DNA of 64,000 nucleotides, taken from a virus. The position numbers and the translations under genes are program-made. Positions 19,205 through 28,289 of this stretch are shown here, piece after piece. The DNA is taken from IMG/VR virus record IMGVR_UViG_3300050016_000100, positions 9,145-73,144 of that record; one strand, given 5' to 3'. Under the pieces are notes generated by a model. It did no database searches. It saw only the letters and a program-made list of their open reading frames with translations, and was not told the DNA's origin. Every line of letters begins with the position of its first letter. The first letter of the stretch is position 1.

Positions 19205-20526
19205 TGAAGGGCCTGCGCTCGATCCGCCCCCTCCCGCGCGATTCGCTCCGCGGCATCGAGTTCGCGAAGGTCGGGAAGAAACTCCCGAAGTTCGAGATCA
19301 TCGACCCGGAGTCGATCTACGTCGAGGATTCCTACCAGCGCGCGATCATGAAGACCGGGCAATCCCTGATCCGGAAGATTTGTGAGAACTTCGACTGGAG
19401 CCACTACAAACCGCCGGTCTGCGTCCGCGTGAAGGAAAGCGGCAACGTTCTCGTTTGCATCGACGGCCAGCACACCGCGACGGCCAGCGCGTGCCACCCC
19501 GACATCGAGAAGATCCCGGTCATGGTCGTCGACGCTGCCGACGTCCCGAAACGCGCGGCCGCCTTCGTCGGGCACAACAAGGACCGGATCGGGCTGACGA
19601 CGGTGATGATCTACCACGCCGAGCTCGCCGCGCAGGACCCGGACGCGGTCGTCATCGATCGCGCGCTGCGCGCGACCGGAGCGTCGATCCCGAAGCGCGC
19701 GATCTCGACTTCTGGGAAGGAAAAGCACCCGGTCGGCGTGACGATGTCGATCGGCGCGATCCGCGCGATCGCGAAGCGGCAGGGCCAGGACGCGCTCGAG
19801 CGCGTCCTTCGGCTCATGGTCGCGGTCGGGCGAGGACCGATCAAGTCGGTCGAGATTACGGCGGCGGCGTTGATCTTCGCGATCTACCCGCCGCCGATCG
19901 ACGACAAGCTCCGCAAAATCATCATGCGGAAAACGGCGGAGGAGTGGACTGCCTTAGGCTACGCCGAATCCGTCGCAAGCGGAAAGGCGATCGCCGTCGC
20001 CGTCGCGGCGATGTGGTGCCGCGAGCTCGGCGTCGAAGCTCCGGACCCGGGCGTGAAGGGCAACGCGACGGACCACGCCCGGCTGATCGTCGGACAGGCG
20101 CAGAAGAAGATCGCCCCCGCGCCGAAGCCGATTCCGCCGCCGCCAGCACCAGCGGCGAAAGGTAACAATCCCGCGCCTAAAGGTTACAATCCGCCCGTCT
20201 CGGCGGCCGCTCCGGCACCGGCGGCGCCGCAGCTCATCGAGCGGAACGGCGTCAAGGTCGACCTCGAGCTCGGCGCTATCTTCCACCGGAAGAAGGCCGC
20301 ACGCCTCTCGGACGAAGGCGCTACCCTGGTCGGTGCGCTCGCGCGCGTTATGCCGGCGATGCTAGTCAACGACGACCTGGCGCGGAAGGTCTGGGGCAGC
20401 GCGATCGACTCGACTAACCGGATCGACGAGCTCGTTAAGCAAGTCGCCCCCGCGCTCGCGTCTGTTGACTTAAAAGTCAACACCGTCCCGAAGCTCGGCC
20501 GGACCCTCGCGGCGGTCGGGGGATAG
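19204..20526 (+). CDS. ParB/Srx-like (DUF6551-type) protein with C-terminal wHTH
   Basis: VEDSYQR..F.W..PP..IDGQHT..A..F...N. Confidence 0.7.
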   Translation: MKGLRSIRPLPRDSLRGIEFAKVGKKLPKFEIIDPESIYVEDSYQRAIMKTGQSLIRKICENFDWSHYKPPVCVRVKESGNVLVCIDGQHTATASACHPDIEKIPVMVVDAADVPKRAAAFVGHNKDRIGLTTVMIYHAELAAQDPDAVVIDRALRATGASIPKRAISTSGKEKHPVGVTMSIGAIRAIAKRQGQDALERVLRLMVAVGRGPIKSVEITAAALIFAIYPPPIDDKLRKIIMRKTAEEWTALGYAESVASGKAIAVAVAAMWCRELGVEAPDPGVKGNATDHARLIVGQAQKKIAPAPKPIPPPPAPAAKGNNPAPKGYNPPVSAAAPAPAAPQLIERNGVKVDLELGAIFHRKKAARLSDEGATLVGALARVMPAMLVNDDLARKVWGSAIDSTNRIDELVKQVAPALASVDLKVNTVPKLGRTLAAVGG

Positions 20527-20594
20527 CGGGGACATTGGCTGGACCGGCTCCCCGATCCGACGCTAGGCTCGGTCGGTCGAATCGGGACCCCTTC

Positions 20595-21260
20595 ATGCAA
20601 GAGCTATTTCGAGGTGCGCGGCGCGGTCACTTCGCTTGCATAGCAATCGACGATGATTCGGCTATGCTCGAACGCGGAACGGCGGCCGAGCACATCGTCT
20701 GCGCTGATTTGCTCCTGCGGCGTTATCGGGCCTATTTGGCCGGACATGGGCTTCCCTATGACGTCGTCGCGGATTGCTTCGGCCGCCTTTCCAGGATTCA
20801 GGTAAAGGGAACGCTCCAGCCGAAGAACGTCAGCGCGAAAGGTCGCGCTCCTCGGCTCGCTTATAGCTGGAACATTAGGAAGCGCGGGAAACTTCGGGCA
20901 CGGAGACTGACCAATGATCAGTGCGACGTTATTGCGCTGGTGGCACTAGACATCCGCGCGGTTGCCTATTTCCCGGTCGCAGTCTGTAAGCAGACTGTTC
21001 AGCTTTTAGCTCCTGGCGGTCGACGCGCGCGAAGTGGCCGGCGTGGATTTTTGGGTGATGTCAGTCAATACCCGCCCGAACCCGCGATCCGTCAGCGCCA
21101 CGGGTTTTATAAACTGGCGCCGCTCCCTCTCGAATGTCCCCACGGTCATAAATGGACGAAGCGAAACACGATTCAGCAAAAGGGTAGCGGGCGATCATGC
21201 CGTGAATGTCTTCGAGCATCGGCACTTCGCCGTTCGCATCGGAGATCAAAAGGTGACTGA
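20595..21260 (+). CDS. PD-(D/E)XK homing-type endonuclease
   Basis: G.AAE..V.ADL, PYDVV, RIQVK motifs; C-terminal CPHGH..N..CREC zinc ribbon. Confidence 0.8.
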   Translation: MQELFRGARRGHFACIAIDDDSAMLERGTAAEHIVCADLLLRRYRAYLAGHGLPYDVVADCFGRLSRIQVKGTLQPKNVSAKGRAPRLAYSWNIRKRGKLRARRLTNDQCDVIALVALDIRAVAYFPVAVCKQTVQLLAPGGRRARSGRRGFLGDVSQYPPEPAIRQRHGFYKLAPLPLECPHGHKWTKRNTIQQKGSGRSCRECLRASALRRSHRRSKGD

Positions 21261-21861
21261 TCTTTTTCGGGGTGCAAAAAAACATCATTATGGCTGCATC
21301 GCCGTCGACCCGCCGTGGCATCACGGGACATGGTCCGACAAGGGCCGCGGGCGATCCGCAAAATACGACACGATGACCCTCGCCGAGATCGCCGACCTGC
21401 CGGTCGCCGACTACGCGGCGAAGAACGCGTTCCTCTTCCTCTGGATCACCGGACCGTTCCTCGCGCTCAGCGTTCACGCCTCGATCATGCAGGCCTGGGG
21501 CTTCGAACCAAGCGCGGTCGCTTACGTCTGGATGAAGCCGACCCGCAAGGGCTACGAGCAAGGCCACCTGTTCAACTTCCTCGACGATCCGAAGCTGTTC
21601 AAGATGGGCATGGGAAAAACGACCAGGCAGAACGCCGAGTTCGCGATCCTTGGCCGACGCGGATCGCCGCGGCGCCTGAGCGCTGGCGTACGGCAGGAAA
21701 TTATCGAACCGGCACGCGAGCACTCGCGCAAGCCCGAGCAGTTCTACGAGAAGGTCGAAGCCTTCTGCGCCGGGCCGAGGCTCGACATATTCGGCCGGCA
21801 GCGTCGGCCCGGCTGGACCGTCATCGGCAACCAGGCCGACAAGTTCGGAAGGGCCGCATGA
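21253..21861 (+). CDS. MT-A70 family adenine methyltransferase
   Basis: DPPW, LFLWIT, WGF, W.K, EHSRKP, LDIFGR..RPGW..GNQ. Confidence 0.92.
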   Translation: MTDLFRGAKKHHYGCIAVDPPWHHGTWSDKGRGRSAKYDTMTLAEIADLPVADYAAKNAFLFLWITGPFLALSVHASIMQAWGFEPSAVAYVWMKPTRKGYEQGHLFNFLDDPKLFKMGMGKTTRQNAEFAILGRRGSPRRLSAGVRQEIIEPAREHSRKPEQFYEKVEAFCAGPRLDIFGRQRRPGWTVIGNQADKFGRAA

Positions 21862-22067
21862 CGAAACGGATGCGCGCTCACGAGATCGAACGGAGGGCCC
21901 GAGCGAAGCGGTCATCCGCGCTGGCGCGTAACGAATTGCGCCAGCCTTCGGTCCCGCGCGTCTCCGCTGCTGGGCCGACATCGCCTGCGATCAAGGCCGA
22001 GGACCCGGCGATCCGCGCGATGATTGACGCCGCAATCGCGGAACGGAAGGCGCCCGTCGATGATTAG
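21858..22067 (+). CDS. Hypothetical protein
   Basis: ATGA overlap with the MT-A70 stop. Confidence 0.5.
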   Translation: MTKRMRAHEIERRARAKRSSALARNELRQPSVPRVSAAGPTSPAIKAEDPAIRAMIDAAIAERKAPVDD

Positions 22068-22341
22068 GGTGCCCCCGCCGGAGCAATATACCGCCGCGCC
22101 GAAGCTGACGATGCAGATGCGCGCCCTACTCTGGAAGTTACAAGAGACGGGCGGGAATCTGAGATCGACCTACGGCACCGGATTCGTCATCAGGTCGCAC
22201 AATAGATTCGAGGACCGTGCCGTTCTTGTGTTCTGGACGCCAAAACGAGTCCGCGATGCGGCGATCCGATTTGGTTACGTGGACGAGCGCGGTCGACTCA
22301 CCTCCGCTGGCCGTGCAGCACTGAAGGAAGGGACGTCATGA
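22060..22341 (+). CDS. Hypothetical protein
   Basis: Overlaps neighbours; RBS upstream. Confidence 0.55.
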   Translation: MIRVPPPEQYTAAPKLTMQMRALLWKLQETGGNLRSTYGTGFVIRSHNRFEDRAVLVFWTPKRVRDAAIRFGYVDERGRLTSAGRAALKEGTS

Positions 22342-23147
22342 CCGATGATCGATTGCCTTGGTTTCATTGCTATCCGGAAAAGTGGCTTGCTGCGCTCGCC
22401 GAAATGAAACCTGACCAAGGATATGTCTATTGGATCATCTGCTTGCGCATCTATGAAAAACGCGGCCCGATCCCCGACAGCACCGAAGCATTGGCGCGGC
22501 GCATTGGCTATCGGCCATCGCACATTCAACGCATTGTCGAAACCCTTTGCGCGCTCGGCAAGCTAATCCGGACGCCGGATGGTCGGCTGACAAACCCATT
22601 TTCTGAGCAGGAAATTCTCTCCGGTGCGCAGATTGCGTCACGAACGCGTACGATTCGAACACACGCCGCGAATATATCGTGGCAAAAACGTAAACAAAAT
22701 CAACACAACGGCCATGCACATGCAATGCAAAACGGTACACAGTTAGATATAGACTCAGAGACAGAGATAAAAGAAGAAGGAAAAGAACCATCGCTCGCCC
22801 TAACGGGCGGCGATTCTACTCCCTCGGACGGATGGCCTAGTCATGCGTGGGAACAGTTCTGGGGCAAATATCTGCACAAGGTCGGGAAGGCTGATGCCAA
22901 AAAAGCGTTTGACCGCGTTCGACGCGCGCGGATCGTAACATGGGCCGAGCTCGAGGCTGGACTTGATCGCTATCTCGCGAAGACTGACGACCGGCCGTGG
23001 TGCAATCCTTCGACGTGGCTGAATCAGCACCGATGGGCGGACCAGCCAGCGCAAGTGGTATCGACACGCGCGCGCAGTGGAGGTGGGTTTGCAGCGGTTG
23101 CACGGCGACTAGGACAATCTGAGCGAAACCAGGGAGGCGAACGATGA
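22338..23147 (+). CDS. Replication initiator (YdaU/DUF1376-like)
   Basis: LPWF..YP..WL, G.Y..I; C-terminal FW..Y..KVGK..A..PSTWLNQHRW.D. Confidence 0.8.
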   Translation: MTDDRLPWFHCYPEKWLAALAEMKPDQGYVYWIICLRIYEKRGPIPDSTEALARRIGYRPSHIQRIVETLCALGKLIRTPDGRLTNPFSEQEILSGAQIASRTRTIRTHAANISWQKRKQNQHNGHAHAMQNGTQLDIDSETEIKEEGKEPSLALTGGDSTPSDGWPSHAWEQFWGKYLHKVGKADAKKAFDRVRRARIVTWAELEAGLDRYLAKTDDRPWCNPSTWLNQHRWADQPAQVVSTRARSGGGFAAVARRLGQSERNQGGER

Positions 23148-23962
23148 CGGCTATGCCAGCGGTCCGAACGACCGGTGAACTCTATCCGGCGACAACAAGC
23201 GTCGAGATGCACCAGTTCATGTCGGCGGTTATTACAGGCGAGCGGGACGACCGCTACAATGCGATCCTGCGAAGGGCGCTGACGCCAGCGGAACGGCAGG
23301 CGCTGACGAAGCGCGCAGGTGAGATCGCGCCGCTTCTGGAACGGGCGCAGTACCGGAAGTCGGCGAAGATCATCTCCGAGATGCTGGCGGGGTTCGGATC
23401 GTCGCGGGCGAGTGAGGACGAAGCCGAAGTTGTCGCCGCGCAATATGCTGCAGCACTCGCTGGACATCCGCTCTGGGCTATCGAACGGGCGTGCGGGCGG
23501 TTCTCGCGTGGCGAAGTCGATGCCGACGAGGTCGGCGCGAAACACCTGGACCGTGCGTTCGCGCCGTCGACTGCGCAGCTCGCGATGATCGCGAAGAAAA
23601 TCGTCAAGCCATTCGAGGACGACCTCATTCGGATCAAGATGATCTGCGGCGGAACGGTTGTGCCGGAGGAGATCAGCCCGGAGGAGCGCGAGCGTGTCGG
23701 CAAGAAGGTCGCAGCCTTCGCTGCCGAGCGCCGGCGCGAAGAGGACTCGGCCGACGAAGAGCGGCGCCAGTCAACGCAGCGTTCGCTCGAGAACACGCGC
23801 AATCTGGTTCTGGCCGAGTATCGGCAGGCCGGCATCGCGCCAGTCTATAGCGATAATGGAACGCTCTGCTCGATCTCGCTCTACCGCTCGCTCGGCTACA
23901 CGATCGAGGAGATTGACGGAAGGCGCGCGCTCGTCGCACCGGCGAAGGCGGCCGCGCCATGA
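23144..23962 (+). CDS. Replication-associated protein (helicase loader/inhibitor-like)
   Basis: Y..AL..HP.WAI..AC, FAPS.A.L; located after the initiator. Confidence 0.55.
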   Translation: MTAMPAVRTTGELYPATTSVEMHQFMSAVITGERDDRYNAILRRALTPAERQALTKRAGEIAPLLERAQYRKSAKIISEMLAGFGSSRASEDEAEVVAAQYAAALAGHPLWAIERACGRFSRGEVDADEVGAKHLDRAFAPSTAQLAMIAKKIVKPFEDDLIRIKMICGGTVVPEEISPEERERVGKKVAAFAAERRREEDSADEERRQSTQRSLENTRNLVLAEYRQAGIAPVYSDNGTLCSISLYRSLGYTIEEIDGRRALVAPAKAAAP

Positions 23963-23985
23963 GCGACCATCCGATCATATTCAGT
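23959..23985 (+). pseudogene. 5' stub (MSDHPIIFS) of a phage gene interrupted by IS1595
   Basis: ATGA overlap, cut off at the IS end. Confidence 0.5.
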
Positions 23986-24685
23986 GGGAATTATACGCTT
24001 GACTCCCGTGCCGTTTTGGGCTAGATTTTGAGCCTGAAAAGAGGTGTAAATCATGAGTAAATCCACTGTTTCGACCTTCGAGATTTTCGCCATGTTTCCC
24101 GACCAAGAGGCCGCCCGGACCTACCTTGAAGGCCAGCTTTGGCCCAATGGTCCTACATGCCCGGTCTGCGGCCTTGGCGAGCGCATTACAGCGCGCAAGG
24201 GCGGCTTCTTCAGGTGCAATCAATGCCAAGAGGACTTTACCGTCCGCACGGGCACCATTTTCGAGCGCAGCCACATTCCGCTGCACAAGTGGCTTTACGC
24301 CATGTATCTGCTGCTCACCGCCCGCAAGGGAATTTCCAGCCTTCAACTCTCGAAAGAGATCGGCATCCGCCAAGGCTCGGCGTGGTTCATGCTTCACAGA
24401 ATCCGTGAAGCCTGCGGCGGCGACCTGACCAAGCTGCAAGGCATCGTCGAAATCGACGAAACTTACATGGGCGGCATCGAAGGCAACAAACACAAATCCA
24501 AGAAGCTGAATGTCGGCGGCGGCACGGGCGGCAAGGCCGCCGTCCTCGGCATGAAAGAGCGCGGCAAAGGCGGTCGCACTAAGGGCTTCAAGATCGAAGC
24601 AACCGACGCGCAAACGATCCGGGACGTGATCGTGCAGAACGTCGAGGTTGGTTCGACGCTGCACACCGATGAACACCTTGCCTAT

Positions 24686-25969
24686 CATGCCTATCCGGTT
24701 GACGCACACAGGTACTAGATGTTGATGGAACACACCGAGATTTTGGCGGAAGGCATCACCCAATATGTAGGGGATTGCCGCGACGTGCTGCGCACGTTGC
24801 CGCCCGAGTCCGTGCATTGCTGCGTAACCAGCCCGCCCTATTTCGGCCTGCGGGACTATGGCACCGCGACATGGGAGGGCGGAGACCCTACTTGCGACCA
24901 TCTGAGGCCCGCCGCGCACGGTTACAAGCCGTTTGAAACCTCTACCCTCGGACCTAAAGCCGATGGAATTTCCGCCGACAATTCCGCCCATGCCGATGCC
25001 GTCAAGCGCCAGCAATACAAGGGCACTTGCTCCAAGTGCGGCGCTCACAGGATCGATAGTCAGATCGGTCTTGAGCCGACGCCCGCCGCCTTCGTTTCCG
25101 AGTTGGTAGGTGTGTTCCGCGAGGTCCGGCGCGTTCTCCGCACGGACGGGACGCTGTGGCTCAACCTTGGGGATTGCTACTGCGGAGCAGGGTACTCGAA
25201 TCACACGTTGGAACGGAACGGTGCGGCGCAACGCGCGGACGGCGGCAAACAAAAGCACGGCACCGTGTGCCTGGATGGCCTCAAATCCAAGGATTTGATC
25301 GGTATCCCGTGGATGGTTGCCTTTGCCCTTCGTGATGATGGCTGGTTCCTGCGTTCCGACATCGTGTGGAACAAGCCGAACCCAATGCCGGAAAGCGTGA
25401 CCGACAGGCCGACACGCTCCCATGAATACCTGTTTTTGTTGACCAAATCGGCACGGTATTTTTACGATCACGAAGCCATTGCCGAACCCGCCACAATGAA
25501 GCCGCAGGCTCGGTTGACGCCGCGCGATTTTGTGAACGGGAAAGACGCTGGCAGGGCCGCGCACCGCCGTCCCGATTATCGAATCCGTGACGATGCCGAA
25601 CAGGAAAACGCGACCCGCAATAAACGATCCGTTTGGGAGGTCACTACCAAGCCTTTCGCGGGTGCCCACTTTGCAACCTTCCCGCCCGACCTGATCGAGC
25701 CGTGCATCCTCGCTGGATGCCCTGCGGATGGCACTGTGCTCGATCCTTTCGGCGGGGCTGGCACAACAGCCCTTGTCGCTGATCGCCTGCACCGCCGCGC
25801 CATTCTGATCGAACTGAACCCCGAATATGCGGCGATGGCCGAACGGCGTTTCCGGTCGGACGCGGGAATGTTTGCGCGTGTCGAAACCGTCAACACTACA
25901 GGTAGACCATGAAGGGAACACTAGATGTGGTGTCATTTTCGACCTGTGTGCGTCAACCGGATAGGCATG
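24686..25969 (+). mobile_element. Non-autonomous IS1595-derived cassette (MIC) carrying a DNA methyltransferase
   Basis: Perfect 28-bp TIRs (24686-24713, 25942-25969); 8-bp TSD TTGCCTAT (24678-24685, 25970-25977). Confidence 0.92.
24725..25912 (+). CDS. N4-C/N6-A DNA methyltransferase (beta class)
   Basis: VTSPPY motif IV precedes DPFGGAGTT motif I. Confidence 0.92.
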   Translation: MEHTEILAEGITQYVGDCRDVLRTLPPESVHCCVTSPPYFGLRDYGTATWEGGDPTCDHLRPAAHGYKPFETSTLGPKADGISADNSAHADAVKRQQYKGTCSKCGAHRIDSQIGLEPTPAAFVSELVGVFREVRRVLRTDGTLWLNLGDCYCGAGYSNHTLERNGAAQRADGGKQKHGTVCLDGLKSKDLIGIPWMVAFALRDDGWFLRSDIVWNKPNPMPESVTDRPTRSHEYLFLLTKSARYFYDHEAIAEPATMKPQARLTPRDFVNGKDAGRAAHRRPDYRIRDDAEQENATRNKRSVWEVTTKPFAGAHFATFPPDLIEPCILAGCPADGTVLDPFGGAGTTALVADRLHRRAILIELNPEYAAMAERRFRSDAGMFARVETVNTTGRP

Positions 25970-26277
25970 TTGCCTATGCCGGAATGGGCGGGCTGTTTTT
26001 CAATCACGAAACGATCAATCACGGCAACGGCGAGTATGTCCGCGACGGCGTGACGACCAACTCGATTGAGTCCGTGTTCGCCGTTCTTAAGCGCGGGATC
26101 ATCGGCGTGTACCACCACGCCAGCAAAAAGCACATTGGCCGTTACGTCGATGAATTTGCTTTCCGCTTGAACGAAGGCAACGTGCAGCACCACACCATGA
26201 CCCGCCTGCAAAGCCTTGTCGGCGCAGTCAAGGGCAAACGGCTGACCTACAAAACATTGACGGCATAGGAGAACACA

Positions 26278-26484
26278 ATGGCTCGCGTGATTTTTATCTG
26301 TGATGGCTGCGGTAAGCAGGGTGACGGTTATTTCGGCCAGCTTTGCGAAGCTCACAAGCCATCCGATTGGTTCGCTCGGCGCGACAAAGATGGCGAGCGC
26401 GAAGTTCAAATAGCTTGCTCTCGGCGCTGTATTGGTATTGTCGCATCTAAAACCGGCAAGACTGCCTGCATTCTGCCAGTCTGA
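26278..26484 (+). CDS. Small Cys-rich protein
   Basis: AGGAG RBS; CDGC..ACS..C. Confidence 0.65.
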   Translation: MARVIFICDGCGKQGDGYFGQLCEAHKPSDWFARRDKDGEREVQIACSRRCIGIVASKTGKTACILPV

Positions 26485-26492
26485 GCGAACGC

Positions 26493-26592
26493 ATGAAAAC
26501 ACCAAAATCATTCGACGCGATGACAAAGATCGTCCTTGCCTATCGACCGAAACCGAAAACCAAAAAAGCGCGAGCGCGCAAGAGGAAACGTG
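26493..26592 (+). CDS. Small basic peptide following the transposase (approximate end)
   Basis: MKTPKSFDAMTKIVLAYRPKPKPKK...; not in the ORF track. Confidence 0.4.
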
Positions 26593-27750
26593 ACCGTTCA
26601 AATCCTCAAAGGTGATTGCAGGGACGTGTTGCGGACGCTGCCAGCGGAGTCCGTGCATTGCGTCGTTACAAGCCCGCCCTATTGGGGCTTGCGGGACTAC
26701 GGCATTCCTCCGTCGATTTGGGATGACGACCCGGACTGCGATCATCAATGGGGCGAGACTATTTCGGTCAACGCGACCAATCACACCACGAAGGCCCGAT
26801 GGAATCACACGCGCAATGGCCGCGACGAATTGCAGCCGACAGAAAAGCGCGTTTCGTGGTTGCGCACCGAAGTTAAGCAGGGCCAATTCTGCCAACGCTG
26901 CGGCGCATGGGCTGGCGCGTTCGGCCTTGAGCCTACCTATCAGCTTTACGTCGATCATGCCGTCGATGTGTTCCGCGAAGTTAGCCGCGTCCTGCGGCCG
27001 GACGGAACGCTTTGGCTTAACCTGGGTGACTCGTATTGCTCCGGCGGGCGCGCGACGTGGCGCAGCGGCGCGAGCGAGAACAAGGGGCAAGACGTTCTCA
27101 ATGATATGCCGCGTCCGGCGCAGCCGACCGACTTGAAGCCGAAAGACCTGATCGGGATTCCGTGGCGGGTTGCCTTCGCATTGCAATCCGATGGCTGGTG
27201 GCTGCGGCAGGACGTGATCTGGGCCAAGCCCAATCCTATGCCGGAAAGCGTGACCGACCGCTGTACCAAGGCGCACGAATATCTTTTCCTGATGACGAAG
27301 AGCGAGCGGTACTACTTCGACGCCGCCATGATTGCCGAAGATGCCACTACGGACGCCGCTCACAAGCATTGGACAGAACGCAAATACGATCAATCCATGC
27401 TTGCGAACAAACAAGAAAATGGTGTCAAAGGCCGTCCGATTGGAGTTGCTGGATATACCGCACCAGGAAAGCGGAATAAGAGGTCGGTTTGGACGGTCAA
27501 TACTCAACCCTTCCCGGAGGCTCATTTTGCGACCTTCCCTACGGCTCTCGTCGAGCCTTGCATCAAGGCCGGCTGCCCGAAAGGCGGTGTCGTTCTGGAC
27601 CCATTCGGCGGCGCGGGTACGACTGGCATGGTGGCTGACAGACTTGAACGAGACGCGATCCTAATTGAGCTCAATCCAGAGTATGCAGCGATGGCTGACC
27701 GGCGCATTCGTGCCGACGCAGGCATGTTCGCTAGCGGTGAGAATGGATGA
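26589..27750 (+). CDS. N4-C/N6-A DNA methyltransferase (beta class), paralog of 24725
   Basis: GAGG RBS plus GTG; VTSPPY and DPFGGAGTT. Confidence 0.92.
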
Positions 27751-27878
27751 TGGCGTGCGCGGCAGCACTCAAGGCTGTAAGTCGAGTCATCTCGACGGAG
27801 CCGAAAACGGCCGAGGAAATTTTTTCAAAGGTGAATTGGTGGACGTTCGACACAATAGCGGAGGCGCTTCAAGAACTG

Positions 27879-27896
27879 GGCGATTATGCACTTGAC
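27879..27896 (+). mobile_element. Second, orphan ISNwi1-type terminal repeat
   Basis: GGCGATTATGCACTTGAC, 14/18 identical to the 23986 end and in the same orientation. Confidence 0.45.
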
Positions 27897-27912
27897 AATA
27901 CCAGTAGTTAGT

Positions 27913-28116
27913 TTAGGCGATCCGATCAGCTGTCCGATTGTCCCGTGCTTCATTGGTCTCGGATTGAAGGATTGCGCGAGCTTCTCGGACCGTGATCTCG
28001 CGCGAGAATGGACCCTGCATTTTGCCGGCCAGACGTGATGCCGAGCAAATATCATCGTACTCCGCCGGAGTGACGTGCATCGTAATCTTGACTCTCCCGT
28101 CTTTCGGGCTGGTCAC
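27913..28116 (-). CDS. RHH-like small protein
   Basis: VKITMHVTPAEYD.I..A pattern. Confidence 0.5.
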   Translation of the reverse strand: MTSPKDGRVKITMHVTPAEYDDICSASRLAGKMQGPFSREITVREARAILQSETNEARDNRTADRIA

Positions 28117-28289
28117 GAAACCACACCGTTTCGGATTAACTTTGCGATGTAGAGGCCCACGGCTGGTTCCTGTAATTCGCGGCCGCCGATCTCAGCCAAC
28201 TTTGCGCATCGCTCCCGTTCGTCGGATCGCACGGCGTCGAACTTATCACCCACTCGATCCATCGCCTGCGCTAGAATAGAGTTGCCCAT
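28113..28289 (-). CDS. Hypothetical protein, paralog of 8941-9120
   Basis: IL..AM.RVGD.FDAVR..ERERCA shared. Confidence 0.65.
   Translation of the reverse strand: MGNSILAQAMDRVGDKFDAVRSDERERCAKLAEIGGRELQEPAVGLYIAKLIRNGVVS

Larger units (their letters stand above)
24053..26268 (+). pseudogene. IS1595 (ISXO2-like) transposase split by an insertion at 24686-25969
   Basis: CPVC..CNQC zinc ribbon; EIDET, HTDE and TNSIES catalytic motifs; frame restored on removing the insert and one TSD. Confidence 0.92.
23986..26592 (+). mobile_element. IS1595-family element (ISNwi1-type left end); right end not found
   Basis: Left end GGGAATTATACGCTTGAC; transposase followed by small passenger ORFs. Confidence 0.75.

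Noticed and set aside
24686-25969. Self-splicing intron or intein in the transposase
   Set aside because: TIRs plus an 8-bp TSD explain the insert, and it contains in-frame stops
23981-27525. Long minus-strand ORFs (651 aa and 530 aa)
   Set aside because: Antisense shadows of the transposase and MTase genes, with no recognisable motifs
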